Assembly: GCA_016214555.1 (NCBI GenBank)
Contig: JACROF010000012.1
Span: 4,343-68,342 of the forward strand
Direction: 5' to 3'
DNA: 64,000 nucleotides
Source of the DNA: Candidatus Levyibacteriota bacterium
Lineage (GTDB): Bacteria; Patescibacteriota; Microgenomatia; Levybacterales; UBA12049
The notes beneath the pieces were generated by a model. It made no database searches and was not told the origin of the DNA. It saw only the letters and a program-made list of their open reading frames with translations. A program made the translations under genes and the position numbers. Position 1 is the stretch's first letter, and each line of letters begins with the position of its first letter. Shown piece by piece: positions 38,678 through 48,363 of the stretch.

Positions 38678-38863
38678 ATGGCAAAAACATCTGATATCGT
38701 AAAGTTTCAAAGAAAACAAAAATTTGACGTTCGTCACGTTAATCGATGTGCTCTTTGTGGCAGATCAAGAGGATATCTTAGACGTTTTGGTCTTTGTCGA
38801 TTATGCTTTCGAGAGAGGGCACAGAAAGGAGAGCTTCCAGGGGTTGTAAAATCTAGTTGGTAA
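38678..38863 (+). CDS. rpsN: 30S ribosomal protein S14 (Zn-binding type Z)
   Basis: 61 aa; [24 protein letters not shown]. Confidence 0.98.
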   Translation: MAKTSDIVKFQRKQKFDVRHVNRCALCGRSRGYLRRFGLCRLCFRERAQKGELPGVVKSSW

Positions 38864-38872
38864 GCAAAAATT

Positions 38873-39262
38873 ATGTATAGCGTAGCAGATTTTGTTATTA
38901 GAGTTAAAAATGCATCATATGCACATCGGAAAGAGGTTATTATGCCTTACTCAAAAATTGTGAAAGCAATTGCAAAGCTTTTGGTAAGGGAAGGATTTTT
39001 GGCTGACGTTCGAGATTCTGATTTTGATGGAAAAAAAGCAGTCACTGTTGGTATCCGATATGTTCGTCGAAAGCCAGTAGTAAATGAAATTGAGATCTTA
39101 TCAAAACCTTCTCTTCGTCTTCACTTTAATAGCAATGAATTAAGAAATGAACAAAGAAAAAAGACATCGACGATTGTAGTTTCGACTAGTCAGGGACTTA
39201 TGACTGCAAAGGATGCATTAAAGAAAGGACTTGGAGGAGAGGTTCTCTTCAGGATTGGATAA
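38873..39262 (+). CDS. rpsH: 30S ribosomal protein S8
   Basis: AD...R.KNA, SKPSLR, STSQGLMT, GGEVL. Confidence 0.97.
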   Translation: MYSVADFVIRVKNASYAHRKEVIMPYSKIVKAIAKLLVREGFLADVRDSDFDGKKAVTVGIRYVRRKPVVNEIEILSKPSLRLHFNSNELRNEQRKKTSTIVVSTSQGLMTAKDALKKGLGGEVLFRIG

Positions 39263-39263
39263 T

Positions 39264-39812
39264 ATGTCAAAAATCGGAAAAATGCCAATTGAAATTACTG
39301 ACGGTATTACTGTTACCATTGATGGAGATAGCGTCAAAGTGGTGGGGCTAAAGGGTGAATCATCATACATGCTTCCTGAGGGGGTTATGGCAAAGCAAAG
39401 TGATGGTTTTGTTAGTATTGAGCCTAAAAATAGTAACGACCCATCGTTTGCTCTATGGGGGCTAGCAAGAGCGCAGGTTGCAAATCTTATTGAGGGAGTA
39501 TCAAAAGGGTTTGAGAAGAAGCTTGAATTGCAGGGGGTAGGATACAGGGCACAAATGCAAGGAAATGATCTTGTTCTTAGTCTTGGTTTTTCACATCCAG
39601 TAAAATTTACCCCAAAGGATGGAATAAAAATTGCTGTTGCAGAAAATGTAATTAGTATCTCTGGTTCTGATAAAATGCTCGTTGGGGAAACAGCTGCTAA
39701 GATAAGATCAGTTAAAGAGCCAGAACCGTATAAGGGAAAGGGAATTCGATATGTTGGTGAGCAGGTAAGAAGAAAGGCAGGAAAAGCAGCTAAGGCTGTT
39801 GGTGCAAAATAA
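39264..39812 (+). CDS. rplF: 50S ribosomal protein L6
   Basis: MSKIGK.P, GVGYRA, LGFSHP, PEPYKGKGIRY. Confidence 0.98.
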   Translation: MSKIGKMPIEITDGITVTIDGDSVKVVGLKGESSYMLPEGVMAKQSDGFVSIEPKNSNDPSFALWGLARAQVANLIEGVSKGFEKKLELQGVGYRAQMQGNDLVLSLGFSHPVKFTPKDGIKIAVAENVISISGSDKMLVGETAAKIRSVKEPEPYKGKGIRYVGEQVRRKAGKAAKAVGAK

Positions 39813-39813
39813 T

Positions 39814-40155
39814 ATGAATACTAAAAGAGATCGTATAATTACAAGACAAGAGAGAATCCGTCGTCATATCCGGGCTGTTTCGTCGTATCCACGCCTCTCT
39901 GTTTTTCGATCAAATAATCTTATGTACGCTCAGATTATTGATGATAAAGCGCAAAAAACTCTTATTGGCATGAGTGAAGATAAAAAAAATAAAGGCACAA
40001 AAATTGAGCGAGCGCGAGGCCTTGGTCAAACAATAGCAAAGCTTGCTATAGATAAAAAAATAAAGCAAGTAGTTTTCGATAAAGGATCATATGCTTATCA
40101 TGGGAGAGTAAAGGCACTCGCTGAAGGAGCAAGAGAGGGAGGATTAGTTTTTTAA
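39814..40155 (+). CDS. rplR: 50S ribosomal protein L18
   Basis: PRLSVFRSN, AQIIDD, YHGRVKALAEGAREGGL. Confidence 0.98.
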   Translation: MNTKRDRIITRQERIRRHIRAVSSYPRLSVFRSNNLMYAQIIDDKAQKTLIGMSEDKKNKGTKIERARGLGQTIAKLAIDKKIKQVVFDKGSYAYHGRVKALAEGAREGGLVF

Positions 40156-40156
40156 T

Positions 40157-40654
40157 ATGGCATATACAGATTTTAGATCACAAGGAAGAAGTGAATTTAT
40201 TGAGCAAGTGGTGAAAATTAGCCGTGTCTCCAAAAAGACAAAAGGAGGCAACAAGGTTGGTTTTTCTGCTCTGACTGTCGTTGGTGATGGAAAAGGAAAA
40301 GTTGGAGTTGGTCTTGGAAAAGCGCCAGATGTTTCAGGTGCTGTGAGAAAAGGAATTCTTCTTGCAAAAAAACACATGATCACCGTTCCACTAATCAATG
40401 GCACTATTCCATCTAGAGTTGATGTTAAGGTTGGCGCTGCAAAAATTATGCTTAAGCCAGCACCTCCAGGAAGTGGAATTATTGCAGGTGGAGCAGTGAG
40501 AAGTGTTGTGGCAGCAGCTGGAATTACGAATATTTCATCAAAAGTTCTTGGAAGCAATAATAAGAACGGTAACGTTACAGCAACACTTGAGGCTCTTCGT
40601 GAACTATCTCATATGCAGGAGAAAAAAGAGGCACTACAAACAAAAAATAAATAA
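40157..40654 (+). CDS. rpsE: 30S ribosomal protein S5
   Basis: RVSKKTKGG, VVGDGKG.VG.G.GKA, PA.PGSGIIAGG. Confidence 0.98.
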   Translation: MAYTDFRSQGRSEFIEQVVKISRVSKKTKGGNKVGFSALTVVGDGKGKVGVGLGKAPDVSGAVRKGILLAKKHMITVPLINGTIPSRVDVKVGAAKIMLKPAPPGSGIIAGGAVRSVVAAAGITNISSKVLGSNNKNGNVTATLEALRELSHMQEKKEALQTKNK

Positions 40655-40655
40655 T

Positions 40656-41123
40656 ATGCAGCTACATCAATTACAAAGTATTAGTCATAAAGGAAAGAGA
40701 CGCCTTGGACAAGGTCATGGTTCGGGTAGGATGAAAACAGCGGGAAGAGGAACAAAAGGTCAAAAGGCAAGATATGATATTCCTCTTGATTTTGAGGGAG
40801 GAGCATTACCGCTTATGAAACGTTTACCATTTTTGCGTGGCAAAGATCGAAACAAAAGTATGTATGCTAAACCTCTTGTTATTAGCGTTGGTGATTTGAA
40901 AAATTTGCCTAAGAATAGCGATGTTACCATCGAGCTTTTGACAAAATTCAATCTTGTTGATAGCGACGAGGCTCTTGTTCGTGGTGTAAAAGTTCTTGGT
41001 CAGGGAGAGCTTAGTCAGCCACTTGTTGTTAGATTGGTAGTTTCAAAAATTGCTGAAGAAAAAATTGTCAAAGCAGGAGGCCGAGTTGAGCCACAATCAG
41101 CTGACGTCACTGTAACTGCATGA
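40656..41123 (+). CDS. rplO: 50S ribosomal protein L15
   Basis: [33 protein letters not shown]; start at MQLHQ. Confidence 0.97.
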   Translation: MQLHQLQSISHKGKRRLGQGHGSGRMKTAGRGTKGQKARYDIPLDFEGGALPLMKRLPFLRGKDRNKSMYAKPLVISVGDLKNLPKNSDVTIELLTKFNLVDSDEALVRGVKVLGQGELSQPLVVRLVVSKIAEEKIVKAGGRVEPQSADVTVTA

Positions 41124-42409
41124 ATAAATTTTTTACCACTCTTTCATCTGCATTTCGAACACCAGAAGTTCGTCGAAAGCTTATTTACACCGGTGTTATT
41201 TTTTTAGTATTTAGAATATTTGCTCATATTCCAGTTGTGGGTGTGGACGTAGCAAGTCTAAAAAATCTTTTTGCCCAAAATCAATTTTTAGGCTTATTGG
41301 ATATTTTTTCAGGAGGAACGCTTCGAAATTTTTCAGTCTTAGCACTTGGTCTTAATCCTTATATTAATGCTTCAATTATTCTCCAAGTATTAACTATGGT
41401 ATTCCCAAAGCTTGAAGAAATGCAAAAAGAAGGAGAGCAAGGAAGACAAAAAATTAATCAATACACGAGATTTCTCACAGTGCCCTTAGCGGTTTTGCAG
41501 TCAATTGGTATGTATGCCTTATTAAGGAGTCAAGGCATTATTGCTACTCTTTCTCCATTTGAATTAATTACCTTTCTTCTTACTATGACGGCTGGAACAA
41601 TGTTTGCAGTTTGGCTTGGGGAGCTAATAACAGAACGTGGAGTTGGAAATGGAATTTCTGTTTTGATCTTTGCAGGTATTATTGGGAGTCTTCCAGCTGT
41701 TGTAGGGCGAACAGCTGCAACGACAACATCTGATAGCATTTTGGGCGTTGTTTCATTTCTAGTCTTAGGGTTGCTAGTTGTTGCATCAATTATCGTTGTG
41801 AATGAAGCCACAAGACAGCTCCCTGTTCATTATGCTAAGAGGATGAGGGGAAGTAAACTGTTTGGTGGGCAATCAACACATCTTCCTCTTCGTCTTAATC
41901 AGGCTGGAGTAATTCCAATCATTTTTGCTGTTTCTTTGGTTTTGCTGCCTTCTCTCCTTGCCAATTTTATGATTACTTCAAAAAGTCCTCAACTTATTTC
42001 GATTGGTCAGTTTTTAGTGTATTGGTTTAATCCAGACGGTTGGGTGTACAATCTTTTCTACTTTTTCTTAGTTGTTGGATTCACCTTTTTTTATACTGCT
42101 GTTGTTTTTAATCCCAAAAAGATTTCAGATGAGATGCAGAAACACGGAGGTTTTATTCCTGGAATCCGACCTGGAACTCAGACAGCAACGTATCTTAATT
42201 ATATCCTTACAAGATTGACTCTTGTTGGGGCATCATTTTTAGGAATTATTGCTATTTTACCTTCAATTATTAAAAGTATTACGGGACTTGAGACGCTCGT
42301 TCTTGGAGGTACAGGTATTCTTATTGTGGTGAGTGTTATTCTTGAGACCTATAAAGCAATCGAAGCACAGCTTGTAATGAGAAATTATGAAGGGTTTTTG
42401 AAAAGATGA
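41120..42409 (+). CDS. secY: Preprotein translocase subunit SecY
   Basis: [46 protein letters not shown]. Confidence 0.99.
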   Translation: MNKFFTTLSSAFRTPEVRRKLIYTGVIFLVFRIFAHIPVVGVDVASLKNLFAQNQFLGLLDIFSGGTLRNFSVLALGLNPYINASIILQVLTMVFPKLEEMQKEGEQGRQKINQYTRFLTVPLAVLQSIGMYALLRSQGIIATLSPFELITFLLTMTAGTMFAVWLGELITERGVGNGISVLIFAGIIGSLPAVVGRTAATTTSDSILGVVSFLVLGLLVVASIIVVNEATRQLPVHYAKRMRGSKLFGGQSTHLPLRLNQAGVIPIIFAVSLVLLPSLLANFMITSKSPQLISIGQFLVYWFNPDGWVYNLFYFFLVVGFTFFYTAVVFNPKKISDEMQKHGGFIPGIRPGTQTATYLNYILTRLTLVGASFLGIIAILPSIIKSITGLETLVLGGTGILIVVSVILETYKAIEAQLVMRNYEGFLKR

Positions 42410-42978
42410 AGATTATATTAATCGGCATTCAAGGAGCAGGTAAATCAACGCAAGGGAAATTGTTATCAGAAAAATTATATATTCCTTATCTATCAACAGG
42501 TCATATCTTTCGTGAGTTGGCAAAAGAACACACTCCCCAAGGTAGATATATCAAAGAGACAATGAATGCTGGTTATCTTATTCCTGATGCAAAGACGCTT
42601 GAGATTGTAAGTGAGTATCTTCACAGACCCGAATATGTAAAAGGTTATATCCTTGATGGTTTTCCTCGTACATCTCATCAAGCAGAGAAGTTTGAGAATG
42701 GCGTTGATCACGTTTTTTATTTGAAAGTTTCAGACAGAGAAGCACTTTGGAGACTCTCGTACAGAACAGGATCAGAGGCTGATGGAAGAGAAGACGAAAC
42801 TCTTTCAGCGATTAGGAAAAGAATTGAACTTTTCCATCATCACACTGAGCCGGTAATCGAATTTTACAGAAAACATCATAAATTAGTTGAGGTTGATGGG
42901 GAAGAGTCAATCGAGAAAATTCACCATACCATAATGGAGCATATTCATAGCGACAAGAATGTTACTCATAAACAATAA
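42406..42978 (+). CDS. adk: Adenylate kinase (short form)
   Basis: [22 protein letters not shown]; follows secY. Confidence 0.93.
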   Translation: MKIILIGIQGAGKSTQGKLLSEKLYIPYLSTGHIFRELAKEHTPQGRYIKETMNAGYLIPDAKTLEIVSEYLHRPEYVKGYILDGFPRTSHQAEKFENGVDHVFYLKVSDREALWRLSYRTGSEADGREDETLSAIRKRIELFHHHTEPVIEFYRKHHKLVEVDGEESIEKIHHTIMEHIHSDKNVTHKQ

Positions 42979-42980
42979 TC

Positions 42981-43685
42981 ATGAGAGGATATGTCATCGC
43001 GATTGATGGACCAGCTGCTTCTGGTAAAGGAACGATAGTTCAATTGCTCACAGAGCAATTGCATGGAGTAAATATTTATACTGGTGGGATGTATAGAGCG
43101 CTAGCGCTTGCATGCTTGAGAGGAAAGATTGTTTTTACAGACACAACTAGCGTTTTAAGACTTCTTTCTACATCAGAAATTAGCCTTGGTGATGAGTCAA
43201 ATTTATCTGTTGTAGCAACGATATATCTTAATGGTGAGAATGTAACCGAGGCTATCAAAACCCCTGAGGCAGCAATTGGAGCTGGAAAAGTAGTCCAAGT
43301 TCCAGGCGTGAGAGAGGAAATTGTTAAGCGACAGAAAGAATTGTCGTTTAGGCTTGTAAGCAAAGGGAAAGTTGTCATTTTAGATGGGCAGGATACTGCA
43401 ATGTATGTCTATCCTCAAGCAGAAGTAAAAATTTTCTTAACAGCTTCACAAGAGGTAAGAGCAAAAAGACGACAGAAGCAATACGAAAAACAAGGACTAT
43501 ATAAGTCACTTGATGAAATGTTAAGGGAGATAAAAATACGTGATCATCAGGATTGGTCTCGAGTGTTGCATCCATTATCATCTGATCCCGAAAAAGACGG
43601 ATACTTTTTGGTTGATAGTTCTGATCTAAATGAATATCAAACGAGAGATATTATATTGAAAAAAATTACATCTCTACATTTATGA
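42981..43685 (+). CDS. cmk: Cytidylate kinase
   Basis: IAIDGPAASGKGT, TGGMYRA, KIFLTAS..VRA.RR, RD..D..R..PL. Confidence 0.92.
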   Translation: MRGYVIAIDGPAASGKGTIVQLLTEQLHGVNIYTGGMYRALALACLRGKIVFTDTTSVLRLLSTSEISLGDESNLSVVATIYLNGENVTEAIKTPEAAIGAGKVVQVPGVREEIVKRQKELSFRLVSKGKVVILDGQDTAMYVYPQAEVKIFLTASQEVRAKRRQKQYEKQGLYKSLDEMLREIKIRDHQDWSRVLHPLSSDPEKDGYFLVDSSDLNEYQTRDIILKKITSLHL

Positions 43686-44440
43686 TACATATAAAAAACA
43701 AAAAGGAAATTGAAAGCATGAGAAAGGGAGGAAAAATTCTTGCAAAGGCCCTCTACACTTCTCTTGATGCTGCAACTGAAGGGGTTTCTGAGAAGAGGTT
43801 GGACGATATTGCAGAGAAAGTGATGATTGAGAATGGTGGTGAACCTGGGTTTAAAAAGGTTCCTGGATATCATCATGCGATATGTACGGCGACAAATGAT
43901 GTTATTGTCCATGGTATACCAGGAGATTATCGACTCAAAAAAGGTGACGTAATTTGTATTGATGCTGGAGTGTATCTAGACAATCTTCATACCGATATGG
44001 CTGAGACAATTGTCGTTGGCGGTATGAAAGAAGCGCCAAAAGGTGTTGAAAAATTTTTAAACACAGGAAAAAAAGCTCTTGCTGCTGGCATAGCCGAGGC
44101 AAGAGAAGGCAATCGCGTTGGACATATATCACGAGCAATTCAAAAGATCGTAGAAGGCGAAGGATACTCTGTAGTAAGATCTCTCATAGGACATGGTGTT
44201 GGTAGAGAGCTTCATGAGGAACCAGAAGTTCCAGGGTATTTACATGGACCACTTGAAAAAACCCCTCTTTTGAAAAAAGGGATGACAATAGCAATTGAGG
44301 TTATCTATGCGATGGGTGGGCCTGATGTTATGTATGCTAACGATGATGGATGGACTATAAAAACCCAAGATGGAAGCATTTCTGCCGTTTTTGAACGTAC
44401 AATTTTGATTACGTCTTCTGATCCAGAAGTGCTAACGTAA
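43682..44440 (+). CDS. map: Methionine aminopeptidase type I
   Basis: VHGIPG, D.G, D.A.T, GHGVG..LHEEP, IE, FE.T. Confidence 0.96.
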   Translation: MIHIKNKKEIESMRKGGKILAKALYTSLDAATEGVSEKRLDDIAEKVMIENGGEPGFKKVPGYHHAICTATNDVIVHGIPGDYRLKKGDVICIDAGVYLDNLHTDMAETIVVGGMKEAPKGVEKFLNTGKKALAAGIAEAREGNRVGHISRAIQKIVEGEGYSVVRSLIGHGVGRELHEEPEVPGYLHGPLEKTPLLKKGMTIAIEVIYAMGGPDVMYANDDGWTIKTQDGSISAVFERTILITSSDPEVLT

Positions 44441-44445
44441 TAATG

Positions 44446-44474
44446 TTGCTCTTTTGAGGCTAGTTTGCTATAAT
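44446..44474 (+). promoter_or_regulatory. Promoter of the infA-alpha operon
   Basis: TTGCTC-17-TATAAT with extended TG. Confidence 0.7.
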
Positions 44475-44555
44475 CAGTTCAGTCTGCTTCATGCAGACAA
44501 ATAGAGACATATTCCCTTGCCCAGGGGTATGTGGTTTTTTGCCTTAAAGGCACTT

Positions 44556-44771
44556 ATGGCTCATCAAGGATCAATAGAAAAAGAAGGAATTGTCAAAGAA
44601 GCTTTGCCCAACACGCTCTTTCGAGTTGAGCTGGAGGATGGGTCAGTGGTTCTTTGTCATTTATCAGGGAAAATGCGTATTCATTTTATAAAGATTTTAC
44701 CTGGTGATAGAGTCCGCATTGAGATGACGCCTTATGATTTGGGAAAAGGAAGAATAACATACAGAGTATAA
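44556..44771 (+). CDS. infA: Translation initiation factor IF-1
   Basis: [35 protein letters not shown]; start at MAHQG. Confidence 0.98.
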   Translation: MAHQGSIEKEGIVKEALPNTLFRVELEDGSVVLCHLSGKMRIHFIKILPGDRVRIEMTPYDLGKGRITYRV

Positions 44772-44780
44772 TGGAGGCTT

Positions 44781-44894
44781 ATGAAAGTACAAGCAAGCGT
44801 AAAAAAACGATGTAACAAATGTAAAGTGATTCGCAGAAAGGGCGTTGTTTTTGTCATTTGTGAAACACCAAAACACAAGCAGCGTCAGGGATAA
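44781..44894 (+). CDS. rpmJ: 50S ribosomal protein L36 (not in the ORF track)
   Basis: Manual translation [37 protein letters not shown]; SD GGAGG. Confidence 0.98.
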   Translation: MKVQASVKKRCNKCKVIRRKGVVFVICETPKHKQRQG

Positions 44895-44899
44895 AATAT

Positions 44900-45307
44900 A
44901 TGCGTATAGCAGGAATTACCTTACCAGTTGAAAAAAGAGTTGATATTGCACTTACTTACCTTTATGGTATCGGGAGAAGCAATGTTAAGGAAGTATTAAA
45001 AGCTGCAAATCTTGATGGGTCCCTTCGTGTGAAGAATCTCTCAGAAGATGATCAGAAAAGGATTACTAAGGCTCTTGAGACTATTAAAGTTGAAGGAGAT
45101 TTAAGAACTGAGGTAGCTGGAAATGTTAAGAGGTTAAAAGAATCAGGATCGTATCGTGGGTTGCGTCACATGAGAGGCTTACCTGCTCGTGGTCAAAGAA
45201 CAAAATCGAATGCTCGAACAAAACGTGGCAAAAGAATGACAATAGGAGCTATCAAAAAAGAATTAGCAGCAAAAATGGAAGTAGCAGCAAAAACTAGCGG
45301 TAAGTAA
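44900..45307 (+). CDS. rpsM: 30S ribosomal protein S13
   Basis: RIAG, ALTYLYGIG, EGDLR, YRGLRH..GLPARGQRT. Confidence 0.98.
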   Translation: MRIAGITLPVEKRVDIALTYLYGIGRSNVKEVLKAANLDGSLRVKNLSEDDQKRITKALETIKVEGDLRTEVAGNVKRLKESGSYRGLRHMRGLPARGQRTKSNARTKRGKRMTIGAIKKELAAKMEVAAKTSGK

Positions 45308-45323
45308 TTTTTTACATAATAAT

Positions 45324-45725
45324 ATGGCAACAAAAAAACCAACAAAAACACCAGGTAAAAAAAAGTCACATCTTATTGTGGGTGAGCATGGTAGAATTTA
45401 TGTAACAGCGACTTTCAATAATTCTTTGGTGAGTATCACAAATGACAACGGTGATCTTATCTCATGGAGCTCTGCAGGAAATTCAGGATTTAAGGGAACT
45501 CGAAAGTCTACTCCTTATGCAGCTTCTCTTGCAGTAGAGAATGCCGCAAAAAAAGCGCTTTCTTTAGGTTTAAAATCGGTAGATGTTTTTATTAAAGGAC
45601 CAGGGTCAGGTAGAGATTCATCATTGCGAGCTATCAAAGGTGCAGGGTTTTCTATAACATCAATTGCTGATATCACTCCGATTCCACACAATGGACCAAG
45701 AGCAAAAAAGAAAAGGAGAGTCTAA
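45324..45725 (+). CDS. rpsK: 30S ribosomal protein S11
   Basis: TFNN, GFKGTRKSTPYAA, GPGSGR, TPIPHNG. Confidence 0.98.
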   Translation: MATKKPTKTPGKKKSHLIVGEHGRIYVTATFNNSLVSITNDNGDLISWSSAGNSGFKGTRKSTPYAASLAVENAAKKALSLGLKSVDVFIKGPGSGRDSSLRAIKGAGFSITSIADITPIPHNGPRAKKKRRV

Positions 45726-45730
45726 TACTT

Positions 45731-46333
45731 ATGGCAAGATATACAGGACCAAAACATAAATTAGCCCGACGAGAAGGAGTAAATATTCTTGATAAAACAT
45801 CAAACTCTCTAGCTCGCCGACTCAATGTTCCACCAGGCGTTCATGGTAAAAAACCAAAAAGACGTCTGTCTGAGTATGGTCAGCAACTTCGCGAGAAACA
45901 GAAAGCGAAAGCAATGTATGGATTGTTAGAAAAGCAATTTAAAAGATTAGTAACCCATCTTGAAAAGCAAAAAGGTGACACTAGCGAGTTGATGTTGTCG
46001 CTTCTTGAGACACGACTTGATAATCTTGTTTACCGACTTGGTTTTGCAAAAAGTCGTTTTCAAGCTAGGCAATTTGTTTCTCATGGGCATGTGAAAGTTA
46101 ACGGGAAAAGACTTACCATCCCATCGTATCAAGTAAAAATTGATGATGTTATTGAGCTTGATGAAAAGATTTTTAAGACTCCCGATGTGATCTCATTATC
46201 TACTGAGAGCACTGCGCTTGCTTCTTTTATTGAGAAATCGGGTACAAAAGGTAAATTGATACGTATGCCAAAACGTGAAGATATAGTAGTTCCATTCAAT
46301 ACTCAGCAGATTATTGAATATTATTCGAGATAA
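45731..46333 (+). CDS. rpsD: 30S ribosomal protein S4
   Basis: MARYTGP, QLREKQK, LETRLDNLVYRLG, ARQFVSHGH, IIEYYSR. Confidence 0.98.
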   Translation: MARYTGPKHKLARREGVNILDKTSNSLARRLNVPPGVHGKKPKRRLSEYGQQLREKQKAKAMYGLLEKQFKRLVTHLEKQKGDTSELMLSLLETRLDNLVYRLGFAKSRFQARQFVSHGHVKVNGKRLTIPSYQVKIDDVIELDEKIFKTPDVISLSTESTALASFIEKSGTKGKLIRMPKREDIVVPFNTQQIIEYYSR

Positions 46334-46366
46334 TGATACAATATATCATTGTCTCTAAAGGAGAAT

Positions 46367-47296
46367 ATGAATAATAAATTATTTTTTACAGTTAAAGAAA
46401 TAGTAAATGCGGATGGCTTTGGGGAGTTTGCAATTGAACCACTTGAGCCGGGTTATGGTTATACCATAGGAAACGCTTTAAGAAGAGTGTTGTATTCTTC
46501 TATTTCAGGCGCAGCAGTTACCTCAGTTAAAATCGGATCAGTAAAGCATAAATTTTCAACCGTAGAAGGACTCAAAGAAAATGTTATTGATCTTCTCCTT
46601 AATATTAAAGAGCTTAACCTCAAACTTGCTGACGACAAAGACTCAGGCACACTTACTCTTTCAGTAAAAGGAGCAAGAGAAATTACTGCTGCTGATTTTG
46701 AAGCAACAGATGGAGTAGAGGTTGTTAATAAGGATCATTACATTGGTTCTCTTTCAGGTAAAGGGTCAAAGTTAGAAATGGAACTTCATGTTGAGCGAGG
46801 CACTGGGTATGTGCTTGCAGAAGAGAAGAAGTCAACTGAGGTAGGAAGTATTCAGACAGACGCAATTTTTTCTCCTATTCGTAGAGTTACTTATTCGGTT
46901 GAAGCAACTCGCGTTGGCCGTCAGACCAATCTTGATAAGTTGACAATTAAAATTTGGACAAATGGAACAGTTGATCCAAAAGAGTCTCTTGAAAAAGCAG
47001 CGAGAATGCTTGCTAGTTCTTTTACTCAGATCTTTGAGCCTCAAGTGTCTGAATCTGTTGATGAAGAATCTTCTTTGGTAGGAAATTTGCCAACAGGTGT
47101 TGCTAAGATGACTATTGATGAGTTAGATTTACCAACGAGGATTTATAACAGCCTTCGAAATGGTGGAATTGAGACTGTTGAGCAATTGCTGCAAACACCA
47201 CGAAAAGATCTGATCTCTATGAGAAATATGGGTGGCAAATCAATATCAGTAATTGAAGAGAAATTGCAGGAAAAAGGAATTTCCTTTGCGATCTAA
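46367..47296 (+). CDS. rpoA: DNA-directed RNA polymerase subunit alpha
   Basis: EPLEPGYGYTIGNALRRVL, TRVG..T..DKL, alpha-CTD; SD AAGGAG before ATG 46367. Confidence 0.98.
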   Translation: MNNKLFFTVKEIVNADGFGEFAIEPLEPGYGYTIGNALRRVLYSSISGAAVTSVKIGSVKHKFSTVEGLKENVIDLLLNIKELNLKLADDKDSGTLTLSVKGAREITAADFEATDGVEVVNKDHYIGSLSGKGSKLEMELHVERGTGYVLAEEKKSTEVGSIQTDAIFSPIRRVTYSVEATRVGRQTNLDKLTIKIWTNGTVDPKESLEKAARMLASSFTQIFEPQVSESVDEESSLVGNLPTGVAKMTIDELDLPTRIYNSLRNGGIETVEQLLQTPRKDLISMRNMGGKSISVIEEKLQEKGISFAI

Positions 47297-47311
47297 AAGA
47301 AGCTGCCTGTT

Positions 47312-47429
47312 ATCAGTTATCAGTTTTCAAATTTTTGTTAGTCAGTTTCGGTCATAGAGTCGGATGAACAGATATGCCGATAGACCTGAATACGAGAACA
47401 GAAAACCACGAACTGGCAACTGATTTTTT
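47312..47429 (+). repeat. Heptamer-repeat-bounded long imperfect hairpin between rpoA and rplQ
   Basis: ATCAGTTATCAGTT (47312-47325) pairs with AACTGGCAACTGAT (47411-47424); inner GGTC/GACC and TCGG/CCGA stems; T-run follows. Confidence 0.6.
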
Positions 47430-47432
47430 ATT

Positions 47433-47933
47433 ATGAGAAAACAAGTTTTTGGACGTCATTTAAAAAGAGATACTAATGAGCGAAAAGCTTTATTCAAAGC
47501 CCTCGCTTCTTCTCTTGTGCTTCATGAGAGAATAGAAACAACTGAGCAAAAGGCAAAAGCAATTAAAGGACAGGTAGAGAAAATGGTTACGAAGGCTAAA
47601 AAAGATGATTCTAATCACACACGCGATCTTTTAAGAGCACATTTGTCGCATGATGCATTGATAAAACTTATGTCAGATATCGCGCCAAGGTTTGTTGATA
47701 GACCGGGAGGATATACAAGGATTGTGAAAAAAGGAAATAGATTCTCTGATAATGCATCAATGGTTTTTATTGAATGGGTTGAAAAGGGACCAAAGACGGA
47801 AGCAATTCATGATTTAAAAGAGTCAAAACCTAGAACAAAGAAAATAGCATTGTCAAAGACTGCTACTTCAGCAAAAGAAAAAAAATCAACTAAGAAACAG
47901 AAGTTACATACAAAAGAAAAGGATAATAGCTAA
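47433..47933 (+). CDS. rplQ: 50S ribosomal protein L17 with Lys-rich tail
   Basis: R.ALF..LA.SL, IETT..KAK, RPGGYTRIVK, R..DNA. Confidence 0.97.
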   Translation: MRKQVFGRHLKRDTNERKALFKALASSLVLHERIETTEQKAKAIKGQVEKMVTKAKKDDSNHTRDLLRAHLSHDALIKLMSDIAPRFVDRPGGYTRIVKKGNRFSDNASMVFIEWVEKGPKTEAIHDLKESKPRTKKIALSKTATSAKEKKSTKKQKLHTKEKDNS

Positions 47934-47935
47934 AT

Positions 47936-48361
47936 ATGATAGGTCAAACAAAATCGATCAAGCAATCAGAATTGTCTCATGAGTGGCATCTTGTTGATGT
48001 TTCTGGTCAGACGCTTGGAAGAATTTCTACAAAAATTGCAACTCATCTTATGGGTAAATCGAAAAGAAATTTTGTTAGAAACCTTGATTGTGGAGATTAT
48101 GTAGTTGTAGTTAACGCAAAAGACGTAGCGGTAACTGGAAAAAAAGAAGAGAAAAAAGTGTACGCTCGTCATTCTGGTTATCCAGGTGGATATAAAAGCG
48201 AGACATTAAAAGAGTTGAGGCAGAGGAAGCCAGAGGAGGTTATCAGACATGCAGTAAAAGGAATGTTGCCTCAGAATAGGCTTCGTGATAGAATGCTCAA
48301 ACGATTATTTATTTTTCCAGGAGGGGAGCATACTTATCAAGATAAGTTTGTTCAGAAATAA
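47936..48361 (+). CDS. rplM: 50S ribosomal protein L13
   Basis: LGR, DCGDYVVVVNA, HSGYPGG, AVKGMLP. Confidence 0.98.
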   Translation: MIGQTKSIKQSELSHEWHLVDVSGQTLGRISTKIATHLMGKSKRNFVRNLDCGDYVVVVNAKDVAVTGKKEEKKVYARHSGYPGGYKSETLKELRQRKPEEVIRHAVKGMLPQNRLRDRMLKRLFIFPGGEHTYQDKFVQK

Positions 48362-48363
48362 TT

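Noticed and set aside
40654-40656. Missing rpmD (uL30) as a novelty
   Set aside because: Loss of uL30 is an established CPR trait; used only as a taxonomic clue
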